Of a DNA stretch of 64,000 bases, positions 22,101-35,900 are shown piece after piece. This DNA is from Raja brachyura. Taxonomy: Eukaryota. Made by a program: the position numbers and the translations under genes. Location: NCBI GenBank assembly GCA_963514005.1, contig OY740787.1, forward strand, positions 64,232,001 to 64,296,000. The letters run 5' to 3'. The notes under the pieces were generated by a model, which was not told where the DNA came from, searched no databases, and saw only the letters and a list, made by a program, of their open reading frames with translations. Within the stretch, counting starts at the first letter, position 1. Each line of letters starts with the position of its first letter.

Positions 22101-25100
22101 CCATAATCCCTTGGTCTAGTCGAGTGTATCTTCATAGCACATTCTCAATGACAATTATATTCATTGTTACTTCTAAGCTTGACCATCACCCTGCATATTC
22201 ATGAACTCATCCAAATCACTGCTGGGCATATCTGAGAATTCCTTGCACTCATCACACATGTCCTCATTCCTTTACAAAGATTCAGTTTGGTGACACCTCA
22301 GTTTTGAAATTCTCCAACTTGTTTTCAAATCCTTATACGGATCATCACCCCTCCCTATCTCTTTAACCTTCTCCATTTCCACAACCATCCACAATCTCTA
22401 TGTTCAAACAATTCTAGTCTCTTATACTTAAGAAGGAACTGCAGATGCTGGAAAATCGAAGGTAGACTGGACAAGCTAGATGCAGGAAAAATGTTCCCAA
22501 TGTTGGGCGAGTCCAGAACCAGGGGCCACAGTCTTAGAATAAAAGGGAAGCCATTTAAGACTGAGGTGAGAAAAAACATTTTCACCCAGAGAGTTGTGAA
22601 TTTGTGGAATTCCCTGCCACAGAAGGCAGTGGAGGCCAAATCACTGTATGGATTTAACAGAGAGTTAGATAGAGCTCTAGGGGCTAGTGGAATCAAGAGA
22701 TATGGGGAGAAGGCAGGCACGGGTTATTGATTGGGGACGATCAGCCATGATCACAATGAATAGCGGTGCTGGCTTGAAGGGCCGTATGGCCTCCTCCTGC
22801 ACCTATTTTCTATGTTTCTAGACAAAAATGCTGGAGAAACTCAGCGGGTGAGGCAGCATCTATGAAGCGACGGAAATAGGCAACATTTCGGGTCGAAGAA
22901 GGGTCTTGCTCTATAGATGCTGCCTCACCCGCTGATTTTCTCCAGCATTTTTGTCTACCTAGTCTCTTATGCAATCACTCTGTTACGAGCAATTACTTTC
23001 ACCCTAAACTCGGGTATTCTTCCTTGTATACCTTTGGCTCTAAAATACTTTAGCTCCTCAAAAGTACTTATTTATATTTACCATTGGTTACCGGGCCAAA
23101 AAGCTTCTTATTTGTGGTCAATTTTATTTTGCTTATACTTAACATATGCCTTAGAATATTTTGTGACAGGTAAAATGTCATCACATTCTACAGTTTATGA
23201 AAATTGATAACTTAGTCAACATTTTATTATAATAACACCATTGTTATTGTAGTAATGTACACTATTATTTTGTATCAGTAAAATGAAGTGCTCTCTCTAT
23301 AATATTCATACATTTTGATATGAGACCTTTAAAAATAATAACAAGTTATCAAAAGCAGAAACCCAAAATGATAATTAATATAATTGTTTTTTCTTGCTTG
23401 AAATTCAATCACTTAATTATGTTATTTTGATTAATTCGTTATTTGAAAAATTCAGTCTGAGATACAAAGATTTGAAGGTGACATGTTTGTTGAAATTGTG
23501 AACTTTGGAGTTAATGCTGCAATGCAGTATCTACTCATTATTCATATGTCGGCTATCAATTGATATTATTCATTTTAAAGCAAATTGTATGGTTTTATAT
23601 TTCAAATTACTGAGCTTCATTAGAAAGTCACACCTTAAACATCCAAAATGGGGCAGTAGTAGTAGCTGCCTTGCAGCACCAGAGACCCGGGTTTGATCCT
23701 GACTACAATGCTGCCTGTGGAAAATTTGTAAATTCTCACAGTGCCACATGGGTTTTCTGTGGATGCTCCAGTTTTCTCCCACAGTCCAAAGGCGTGGAGG
23801 TTTGTAGATTAATTGGCTTCTGTAAATTGTCCCAAGTATGCAGGACAGAACTGGTGGATGGGGATCACTGCGCAGACTCGATGGGCTGAAGGACCTGTTT
23901 CCACATAGTATCTCTAAAAATTAAAAAAACTAGTAAAAATCAAAAAATTACAAATGCTTCATGAACATTAAAAACATTAAAACACTTAACAATTTAAACA
24001 TTTATCTAAATCCAATTATTTAACAAATGTGCACATTTCCTATTACAACCCTCTTTGCTGTTAATCTCCTTTCAAGTGAATGACCATAAATTTGTCGTCT
24101 GCCTCTGGAGTTGAGAACAAATCCAAAGTGGTGGTGCTGTTGGAAAATCACTAGCAGCGAGCAGCCAGAAACTTCTGGATTCCCATGCTCACATGGGAAT
24201 CCTAAATGTGGTGGCGTAAGGACTAAAAGTCCCACAAATTACTGTTGTTCCCAATCTAGCACATTGTTGGATCAATTGCGCTATGAAAAAAAAAACTCTA
24301 CAAACCTTAAATTGTTTGCACATCTGTACATGTTGTTTCTTCAAAATGCAATGGGTAAATGTGCAACACTGAAAATACTGTGATTATTCCTTTGTAGTTA
24401 TTTCTTGGGAGAATTGGAAAAATGCCTCCAGGAGCCAGACTATTTGGCAAAGCTCTTCATCAAGCATGTGAGTCTTTGGATATCTTATCAGAGCTTGGTC
24501 TATTTAATGTTGTATTGAAGTACATTTTGTTGCTCCTGCACTTTCCGAGCACTTCAACCAATATCTCTTTAAATGTGCAACAGGGAAATAAGTGGGGGAG
24601 TGAAGTGGAAAGGGCCTGTCCCACATGGGCGTCATTTGCGCGTCATTTACTCAACATCATTTATGCGTCACGATGCACAATTCGCACATCGAGACGTATG
24701 CATGGCGTGCATTACGCACACATGGGGAGTGGTGAGGCTTGGTGGTGTAGGCAGTGACGCGCGGTAGGATTTGGGGATTCCCAAACTCCTCGTGCGCCAC
24801 CTGCGTGACGCGCAAATGACGCCCAAGTGGGACAGGCCTTGAACGGAGCAAGGTAGGAGAGGAGATGGAAACAGCATCGGGTCTACCAAGTCTAATGTAG
24901 TCTAATGTGGACGGGCGAGGAGAGGTACCTGGCGTCCAAGGAAGGAGATGGCTGGAGGCTTGCAACAGCCTGGGACTTGCCTGGAACAGGCACCACGAGA
25001 GCATGAACTCTGAAAATTGGCACCAAAACATGCGGACTCAGTAGACTATTTCTGTACACTTGCCAATTGGGGATCGGTGGTATGGCGATACTCTGTTGGA

Positions 25101-28100
25101 CTGCTTGTAAGGAAAAGCATTTCACTGTGTTAGCACAGCATATGTGGCAATAAAAGCACCATTAAACCATTGACGGGGTTGCTCTAAAATTTAGTAGAAA
25201 CTCAGCGAGTCAAATAAGCTTCATCTATATCACAAGAAAATTGTGAAACATGTAAATATGAAGTAAAGGGAATCAATAATATAATTGCAATATAGTTTCT
25301 TTACTCCTGCTCTGAGAAGTAAAGGGAAATGCTGATAAGGTGAGTTAAGAATATGTTGATGTAGTGACTGAATGCATCGACATATGCATTTCTTGACGCC
25401 TCTTTCCAACCATAGAATAGCACAGCACAAGCATAGGTCCTTCAACCCATAAGTCTGTGCCTAACATGATGCCAACACCAACTCTTATCTGTCTGCACAT
25501 AATCCATATCACTGTATTCCCCGCATATCCATTTGATTATCTAAAAATCTCTTTAATGCCACTATTACATCTGCTACAATCACCATCCCCAGCAGCACGT
25601 TCCAGGCACTCACCACCCTCTTTGTAAAAAAACAAACTTGCCCCGGACATCTCCTTTAAACATTGCCGGGTGGCGCCAGCAATGGCTGCCTCGCGAACAG
25701 TCTGTCTGTCCCCTTCTTCTTCATTTTTTTTTTGGATATGTTAAATGTATGTTTTTTAGTATTTTTTAGCTTGTTTTATGTGAGGGGGTGGGGAAGGGTT
25801 GGGGGAAACTTTTTCTAATCTCTTACCTTGATGGAGATGCAATTTTACTTCGGGGTCACGTGAGTGACTACGTGAAGAAGCCCCGCCAGGCGCATGCTCG
25901 GCATTACGTCGAAGCATGTCGGTAGGAACGGGCTGCAGATCACAGCTCCACCAGTGGTGAGTAACAGGCCCGCAGGTAAGTGGGTTGAAATTACTTCCTG
26001 GGTAGAAACCCCGTGACGCTGGCTGGAATAGTCAGGAGGAGTTTGGGAAGTTTTAAAAAATGGACACAGTGAAAAAATCGGCGCGGGGAAAGCGCGCGCC
26101 CCGGGTGGAGACACAGTTAAGATCGGGACCACAGATTAGTATGGAGGCGATTCCGATACCGGTAGCCGTTGACCCTGCTGTAGTTCAGCCTTTAGACGCT
26201 CCACAGCCACAGGCCACAGAGGGTACTCCAGTGGAGAGGAAAAATAAAAGGAAGTCTGCTAGGCCTGTAATATCAGATGAATCTGATGAAGAAGAGGCAG
26301 GGCCAGGCAAACGAGCCCTGTGGCTGAGGATGGACCAAATGGAGAAAATGCTTCAAACAATTATTAACCAAGGGTCAAGAGACCCAGAGTATTCCCAGGC
26401 AGCCCCTGAGGGGGTTTCATATCATGAATATGGTGCCTTTACAACATGGGAATGTGAACCTCCAGAGCCTTGTTTAGGTCTGGAAGAAGTCTCCTTTGAG
26501 CAAGTCTCAGGAGTACCAAGGCGGCAGGAGACTGACCCTGAAGGTGGTGTTTTTGGTCTTGAATACCCACCACAGCACAAAAGTAAAACTACAGGTGTAC
26601 CAGATGTAGCACGATACTTTGCTATACCAGAGGGAAGCGGTGAGGTCATGGAAGAAAACCTGATGGCCAACATTAATTATTTGGTTTCTCACCAGCTTCA
26701 GGAGACTGTCATGATTGAGACAGCAGACCTCTACAAAACACCTGTTAATTGTGCATCACTGAAGGTGCCGACGGTGAATCCAGCTATTTGGACACCCATG
26801 ACTTCAACAATGCGTGGACAGGAGGGTCCTCAAGCTCATTGTAGCTGGCATTACTGCTTTTGGGAGGCAGTTGGAAGGGCATGCTATGTCCAAAATCCAA
26901 AAAGACATGTTGGCATTGTTTTGTAACTCTTAATTTGAGATTAATTGTATGAGAAAAAAAAGCGCCACTTCGCCCATCCTGCACCCAAGATTTGCTGGTT
27001 TGTGTAAATCAAGCAATGTTCAAGCTCCAGATTATTTATTCGGAAAAAAAGAAGAAAAAAAAAACCTGCCTAAACAAATTAAGATATCGATGAGGAGGCA
27101 AAGACTATCAGCCTCATGAAACCTTTTATATTTGGTCAAAGGAGACAATCTGGCTGGATGAGAAGGGGGTTTGATTCAGGAGCAGGAACAAGCAGAGGCA
27201 GGGGTATGGTGAGAAGGTATTATTACCCATCACAGCCCAATGTCAAACCATATATTGGGAGAAGGAGACCGTCATGGTCATTTGCTGAGGTACAAAAACT
27301 TTATTCTATCACAGAGGAAACTGTTGTGGAACCTCCGGTTGGTGGTAGATTGCAATTGTTTTATGATGAATGGTACTGTATAACATCTGATCGGTTTATA
27401 TTAGATACTGTGTCAAGTGCTATTATCGAATTTATGGAAGGAGTTGATCCACCTGTACAGAATAAACCTAATCGGGGTTTGGTGTTTTCTGTACCTGACA
27501 ATTCTCAGGTAAAAGAAGAAGTAAAAAATTTATTTTAAAAAGGGGTAATTGAAAGTACGGGGAATTATCCGCATCAATTTGTGTCAAATATTTTCCCCAG
27601 GGCAAAGAAAGATGGGGGTTGTAGAGTCATTCTGCATCTCAAAAAATTGAATTTATATGTCCAGTATAGACATTTCAAATGGGCACCTTCAACACTACAA
27701 AGGAGTTGTTGTCCATAGGGTGTTACAAGGCTACTATAGACTTAAAAGATGCATATTATTCAGTGCCAATTCATCACCATTATCCTAGGTACTTGAAGTT
27801 TAATTGGATGGGTCAGCTGTGGCAATACAAAGCATTACCTAATGGGTTAAGATCAGCTCCCAGGCTGTTCACAAAATTATTGAAACCAGTACTTGCATTG
27901 TTAAGGGCTCAAAATCACATTGTCATGGCTTATCTTGATGATATTTTAATTGTTAATGCCACTCAGGAATCAGCTGAAGATTCAGTTTCAGCAACTATAA
28001 GCCTGTTGAAAAGGTTAGGGTTTTCTGATCCATCCAACAAAATCTAAGCTACAGCCGTTGCAAACAATTGAGTATTTGGGGTTTGTCATTAATTCAGTTG

Positions 28101-29908
28101 CTATGTCAGTAACTTTACCAACAGATAAAGTTGTGGATATTACAAATGTGTAGTTGCCTTGCTGACAAACCTTATCCCTCCATCCGAGAAGTAGCTAGGG
28201 TTATTGGTAAGATAGTAGCAGCATTCCCGCTGTTGAGTTTGGTCCTTTGCATTATCAAAATCGTCAAGGGACAAAAGCACAAGCACTAAAAGAACGTGCA
28301 GGTCATTTTGACAGACCCATGCAGTTGCCAACGGAAGCTTTGGTTGAATTACAGTGGTGGATTGGGAATGTTGCACAAGCTACTAAAAACATTGTTATTC
28401 AGCAACCTACAGTGGTATTGCAAACTGATGTTAGTGCTTTCGGATGGGGGGCTACGGACAATGACACTAGCTGTGGTGGTAGATGGACTGTCCAAGAGGA
28501 TTTAATTCTCCAAACATATGGTATTAATTATTTGGAGTTATTGGGGGCATTTTTTGGATTAAAAGCTTATTGTTCTACAATGGAGGACTTGCATGTTCAA
28601 TTAGAAGTAGACAATACCACAGCTGTAGCATATATCAATCACATGGGTGGAGTAAGATCAGTATCATGTGATCATCTGGTCAACCTGATGTGGAATTGGT
28701 GTGTATCTAGGAATATCTGGCTTTCAGCTATCTATCTCCCAGGGGAAGACAATGTTGTAGCCGACAACAGATCATGGGAGTTTAAAGACAATACAGAATG
28801 GATGTTAAATCCACAACATTTCCAAAAAATTGTCAATCGGTATGGTGCACCAGACATTGTTCTGTTTGCGTCCAGATTAAATCACCAATTGCCTAAATAC
28901 GTGTCATGGGAGCCTGACCCAGGAGCTGTAGCGTTGGATACATTCTCGCTACATTGGGGAAATATGTTTTTCTATGCTTTTCCCCCATTTTACCTGATTA
29001 GGCAATGTCTCAGTAACATAGAGCAAGACTCTGCCACGGGTGTTTTGGTGGTTCCAAACTGGCCTACACAGCCATGGTTCCCATTGATGCTTAGAAATGA
29101 TAATTGAACCATTTATGACGATTCCCAGCTCCAGGGATTTGTTGGTACAACCTGTGACAGAACAAGTTCATCCATTGCATGATCATATGAATTGTTAATC
29201 TGCAAGTTCTGACCAGACCATTACAAAGGCTTGGACTGTCGTATAGGACCATGGATGTCATAACGTCAGCTTGGGGATTTAGCACTAAGAACCAATATAT
29301 GTCTCACATAAAGAAATGGGAAGCTTTTGTATTCAGTCAGATATATCTTATCATACTGCAAACATATCGGATGTATTGGAGTTCCTTGCTATGTTGCATT
29401 TTGATGAGCACCTTAGTTATAGTGCCATTAATAGTGCTCGTAGTGCTTTGTCTTCCCATTTACGATAATTTTCAGAACATCTATCTATCGGGTCTCATCC
29501 ATTAATATCCCAATTTATGAGAGGGATTTTTAATAAAAATCCTCCCAAACCCATATATTCAGAAATTTGGGATGTTAGTATAGTTCTTACATTGGTTCGG
29601 CAATGGGCTCCAATTACATCACTGTCTTTTCAGAAATTAACATTTAAAGTAGTAATGCTTATGGCATTAGTGTCAGCACAAAGAATGCAAACATTGCAAA
29701 TGTTACGTTTAGATTGTATGCATTTGTCTGCAGATAACATTATTTTTTATGTTTATGATCTAATCAAACAAAGCAGACCGGGGAAGTCTGGAACCAAGGT
29801 AATCTTTAGAGCATATCCTGTCGACCAAACATTGTGTGTGGTTAAGCATCTGACTCAATATATTGAAGTAACCAAGAGTCTCCGAGGTTGTGAGATGCTT
29901 ATTGCCCA

Positions 29909-29939
<31 letters not shown>

Positions 29940-32900
29940 AAATAGACCATACAAAAAAGTGTCAGTACAAACTATTTCTAGATGGTTAAAACAGGTTTGG
30001 ATTTAGCTGGAGTAGACACTGATGTGTTTAAATCTCACTCCACCAGGGCAGCGTCCACATCCGCGGCGATGGCACACGATGTGCCGCTTGACCAAATTTT
30101 AGAGGCCGCAGGATGGTGTAAAGAAAATTTTTAAAATAAACCTGTTATCACGGTGCCAAAGTTTGGACATGCAGTGTTGGGTTCTGTTTGATTATTTGCT
30201 TTCTTTTATGTAATGATTCATATATTTTGTTGTAATTTCCCCTATGATAGAGGGGTATTACTTTTCTTTCTTTTATTATTATTATCAAAATACTTATTGC
30301 ATTATTCAAGCAATGTTCAATAATATTATTTACTCACTACTGTGTCAACTGAAGCAGTGGGTCATATGGAATGAATCTACGGCATGAAAATCACAGAGCT
30401 TCAAAATCTTCACGTAGTCACTCACGTGATTCCGAAGTAAAATAGTAAGATTAAACGAGCTTACCTGTTCGAAGTTTGATCTTTATTTTATGAGGAGTTA
30501 CTATGAGGGATTACGTGCCCTCCGCTCCCAACCCTCATAATCTAAACGATCATCTGGTAGTTCTAGTCTTGTGTGAGCCTTACTATCTTACTTCGGCTAT
30601 TGGTTCTGTGTTTTTCACGCTGCTGATATGAAGTATGCCGAGCATGCGCCTGGCGGGGCTTCTTCACGTAATCCCTCATCGTAACTCCTCATAAAATAAA
30701 GATCAAACTTCGAACAGGTAAGTTCTCATTTAATCTTACTATTTTATTCCATATCTTATCTCCATCCACACTGCGGCCTAACATCGAGGAGTTGGCATTC
30801 TTTGCTGGACGCTGACTTCGAGAGCTCCACCGCGGATGTCTACGGGACTTTAACATCACAAGCCCGCGATCCCTTTGCCAGGGATCGACCTCCGAGCACT
30901 ACCGCGTGTGCCTGCGAACTTTAATATCGCAAAGCTCGCGGTCTCTGGTCAGAGACCAACATCGGGAACTCCAAGTCGCATGAGCTTCGACCACCCCGAT
31001 GCGGAAGCATCGATCACCCCGACAGCAGCCGGGCTTCAATTGCCGGCTGCTGGAACTTCGATTGCCCCAACGGATGGTTCAACTGCCCCGACCGCGGGAG
31101 AAAAATGCGGGAAGAAGATTAGACTTTATGCCTTCCATCACAGTTAGGAATGTGGGGAATCCGCTGTGGTGGATGTTTATGGTAACTTTTATGTAGTTGT
31201 GTGTCGTGATTTTTTAGTATGGCTGTATGGTAATTTGCATATCACTGTACCTTAATTGGTACACGTGACAATAAAAAACCTTTGAAACCTCGCTCACCTT
31301 AAAGCTATGCCCTCTAGTCTTTGACATTTCCACTGTGGGAGAAAGGTTTTGATTGTCCACCCTATATGTACCTCCCATAATTCTATATACTTTTATCAGG
31401 TCTCCCTTCAACCTCCACTATTCTAGAGAAAACAATCCAAGACTGAACAACCTCTCCTGGTAGCTAATGCCTTTTCACCAGTCAGTATTCTGATAAACCT
31501 CCTCTATACTCGTTTCATATTCTTCCTGCAATGGATACTAGAACTGCATGCATTAGTCCAATGCAGTCTAACTAAAGTCTTATAAAACTGCATCATGACT
31601 TCCTGACTCTGCTGGGACTCCTCTTGATTGAACTGTTAAATTTCCTGTACCGTTCTAATATAATTTGCTTATCCTTGCCCAAATCACAAGTGCTGGCTGT
31701 TTAACTGGTTGAGAGTGCTGAGCCATCATTACACGGGGATTTGTGAAGTGTACATGAGACCTGAGACCCACTGAGAAGTAAGCATCCTCCAGGGCAATTC
31801 AGACAGTTCGTATATGCCATTTGTTCAAGGTGTCGCTTCGGTGAGTTGACTAATGAGCTTGTGCGTGATAAAATTGTGGGAGGAATGTGCAACCGCAAGC
31901 TAAGAGCTGAACTGCTGCGAAACGCTGAACTGACTTTAGATCAAGCCATTCATGCGTGTCGAATGGCAGAAACCGTAGCCCTACTGGCTGATTATGACCC
32001 CACCAGTCCTCACCAGCAACATAAATATAGCTAACTACTCTCCGCAGAAATTTCTAAACGCGTCCCGCACTGATCCAAATATGCCTGCCACGAGATGCCC
32101 CAACTGCAACTATTTCCACTCTAGGGGCGCCAGTTTTGCATTGCCCATGGGAAAGTTTGTCACAAATGCAAGAAACGTAACCATTTTGCCACATGTTGTC
32201 GACCCCGTGGGAACATTGCTTCAAGGACGAATCTGCACCTGATTCAACACGAGCCGTCTGATTCTGATTCCCAAGAACAAGATGATGACACCGGTGCCAG
32301 AGTGAACGTAATGTCACTCAAAGAGTTCAACAAGATATAAAACCACTGAACTCATGAAAAAAGATTCCTCCACCCTACATGCTTATGGGAGGGGAGATTC
32401 TTCACACGTTGGATAAAGCTGATTTAAAATGCACTGTCAATGAACAGACTAAAAGCCTGATTTTTTACATTGTCCAACCAAATTCAGAAACCCTGCTTGA
32501 CATCAATGCATGCCATGACCTAGGTCTGGTTTATTTTGGGCGTGCTGTCCACAAACTCTGTTTGACAGAGGAACCAACACAGCAGATGCTATCCAATTAC
32601 AAAGACTTGTTCGATGACAAACTTGGCAAGTTGCCCACGATATACAAGATCACTGTATCATGCAGTCACCCCAATAGTTCGCGCACCATCACCGCGTCCC
32701 CCATGGCATGCGGGAGAGAATGCACGCTAAACTTAAGGGTATGATCTCCATCGGAGTCATTGCCGAGGTCAGCGAACCCTCCGAATGGGTTTCCACCATG
32801 GTCGTAACCACCAAGAAAGACAAGAAAGAGTTACAGATCTGCATCAACCCTGAAGATTTAAATACAGCAAATAAACGCCAACACTATCCGATGAGAACCA

Positions 32901-35900
32901 CTGAGGACTTAACGGCACAGATCGGCAATGCAACGGTGTTCTCAGTCCTCTATGCCAAAAGCTCTTTCTGGCAAATACCGATCACAAGCCATTGGTCTCC
33001 TTCCTGAGCAAGCCTATCCATGCTGCCACTGCTCGACTACAGCGAATGATGATGCAGCTGCAATGGTTTGACTTCCGCATTGTCTAAAAGAAAGGTAAAG
33101 ACATGCACATTGCAGATACGCTCTCCAGAGCCTCGCGCACCACCAGCGAACGCCACCCCTTTGAATAGGACGAATTCTCTGTTCTGAATGTCTCATTCGT
33201 GCCCACCGATCGCCTAAGCCGCCTTGCCAAACACACAGCTGCAGATAAAACCTCACAGCTGCTGACCTCCATAGAATAGAAAATAGGTGCAGGAGTAGGC
33301 CAGTCGGCCCTTCGAGCCTGCACCGCCATTGAATATGATCATGGCTGATCATCAGTATCCTGTACCTGCCTTCTCTCCATACCCCCTGATCCCTTTAGCC
33401 ACAAGGGCCACATCTAACTCCCTCTTAAATATAGCCAATGAACTAGCCTCAACTACCTTCTGTGGCAGAGAATTCCACAGATTCACCACTCTCTGTGTGA
33501 AAAATGATTTTCTCATCTCGGTCCTAAAAGACTTCCCCCTTATCCTTAAACTGTGACCCCTTGTTCTGGAGTTCCCCAATATTGGGAACAATCTTCCTGC
33601 ATCTAGCCTTAAGAATTTTGTAAGTCTCTATAAGATCCCCCCTCAATCTTCTAAATTCCAGCGAGTACAAGCCGAGTCTATCCAGTCTTTCTTCATATGG
33701 AAGTCCTGCCATCCCAGGAATCAATCTGGTGAACCTTCTCTGTACTCCCTCTATGGCAAGAATGTCTTTCCTCAGATTAGGAGACCAAAACTGTACGCAA
33801 TACTCCAGGTGTGGCCTCACCAAGACCCTGTACAACTGCAGTAGTACCTCCCTGCTCTTGTACTCAAATCCTTTTGCAATGAATGCCAACATACCATTCG
33901 CTTTCTTCACAGCCTGCTGCACCTGCATGCCTACTTTCAATGACTGGTGTACCATGACACCCAGGCCTTGTTGCATCTCCCCTTTTCCTAATTGGCCACC
34001 ATCCATCATAAGAAGCGAGTGGCCAAACAAGCAGTCAAGCACCCCGTTTAAAATACGACCCTACTTCCTGGCTCGTGATGAACAGGTGCTACAGGACGAA
34101 ATAATCGTCAAGGGTTACAAGGCCGATATTCCCCCTTCTTTACGGAGCGAGTACTGTAACGAAATCCACAGAGGCCACCCTGGTACGGAGGCCACTCTAA
34201 AACAAGCCCAGAATATGATCTACAGGCCCGGGATGACCAAGTACATACGTGAAAAAACAGTCAGTCACTGCATCAGCAGAAGCAGCCCCTCTTACCCCAG
34301 CCGGCTCCCTTCCTACCATGGTCATCACTGGCTGCCAACATCTTCGAATGGCACGAGAAACATTACCTTGTTTTAGTGGACTCCTACTCCAACCGGTTCG
34401 AACTTGACTTCTTGCCAAAGATCACTTCTGAAACAGTGATCCAAAAGCTGAAAATACACCTTTCCTTGCATGGAGTACATGTTCGTCTTCAGACTGACAA
34501 TGGAACTCAATTCACCAGCCAAAAGTTGAAGGACTTTGCTAAACGGTGGAACTTCCAACACGTCACCAGCAGTCCAGAATATCCACAGTCCAATGGACTT
34601 GCCGATTGTTTTGCGCTCCGAACAGCCGAGCGTGCTGTTAGGAGCGCAAAATAACTCATGGAGCGCTCCTATCTAGCTAAATCTGACATCTAGCTGGACC
34701 TGCTGAACCCGCAAAATATTGCAAGGGACAACGTTCTCGGCTCCCCAGCCCAGCGGCTAATGTCTCGCCAGACGCGTCCACCACTGCCTGTCTCCCAGCA
34801 ACAGCTACAGCCAAAAGTCCGCTGCCCCACCACAAAACAAAAGTGTGTGCAGTTTAATCGAGCCAAGCAGAAACGCTTCTATGACAAAACCAGCAGGCCA
34901 CTCAAACCACTTACACAGGGACAAGTGGTGTGATTGCAAACAGATAAAGAACATACTAAACTGGGACACATTCATGGCCCCTCTAAGGAACCACGCTCCT
35001 ACCTGGTCGAAGTCGATGGTGTCCTCTACAGTCGCAAACGTCAACATCTCCTTCCTGTGAAGGAACGTCGTCCGGCGTTCCAGGGTCCTGACGCCCCACC
35101 GCTTGAGTTTAAACCGACGCCTGCCATTCCAGCACCTGCCGCGACCGGGTCCACCTATCTCCCTTGCGTCGGTCTGCCCCCCGCGTCCCCTGTTGTAATC
35201 AGCACCCCGCGAACCCCGCTTCGGTCCCCCCCGGCTCCCCCACGGTGGTCTCCCCTCACAGACCCATTGGGTCTCCCGAGGTTGTACCTACCCCAGCCCT
35301 CATCGTTTCGGAGGAAAAGGGTGATGAGGCAGCCCCCTACCGCACGAGGACCGTGCGGGTTAGCAGGCCACCCGCTAGATACGGCCATTTTGTTTAACCC
35401 CATTATTATTCACTCGGCTTATCGTTTAAAATGCCTTAGCTGCTTTTCCATTTCTATTGCTTGTTAGCCAATCAGAATGCTTAGTAATTATAACTCTGCC
35501 TAAATGTATGATTTATAGTGTAAGAACTCACCTACTGTCTTCAGTAGCTGCAGTAGACTGAATGTGTGATGTACTGCTTACATGATGATGAACTGGACAA
35601 TAAAGATGCTTGTGCTTTAACCTGTGTGAGACGAAGGTATTTACACTTAAGTAATAGGAAGGAACTGCAGATGCTAGTTTATACCAAAGATAGACACAAA
35701 ATGCTGGAGTAACTCAGAGATTTAGGTAGAATCGCTGGCGAAAATGGATAGGTATCGCTTTGGGTTGGGACCCTTCTTCAGACTGATTGTAGTAGGGAGA
35801 GTAGGAGGTGGGGAGACTCGAAACAGAGAAAAAACAGCATCTCATATTTCACTTGGGTAGCTTACAACCCAACGGTATGAACGTTGAGTTCTGCAATTTT

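Noticed and set aside
35500-35650. Possible 3' LTR of the Gypsy element
   Set aside because: It has AATAAA and a ..TTTACA end, but no matching 5' copy, primer-binding site or polypurine tract was found.
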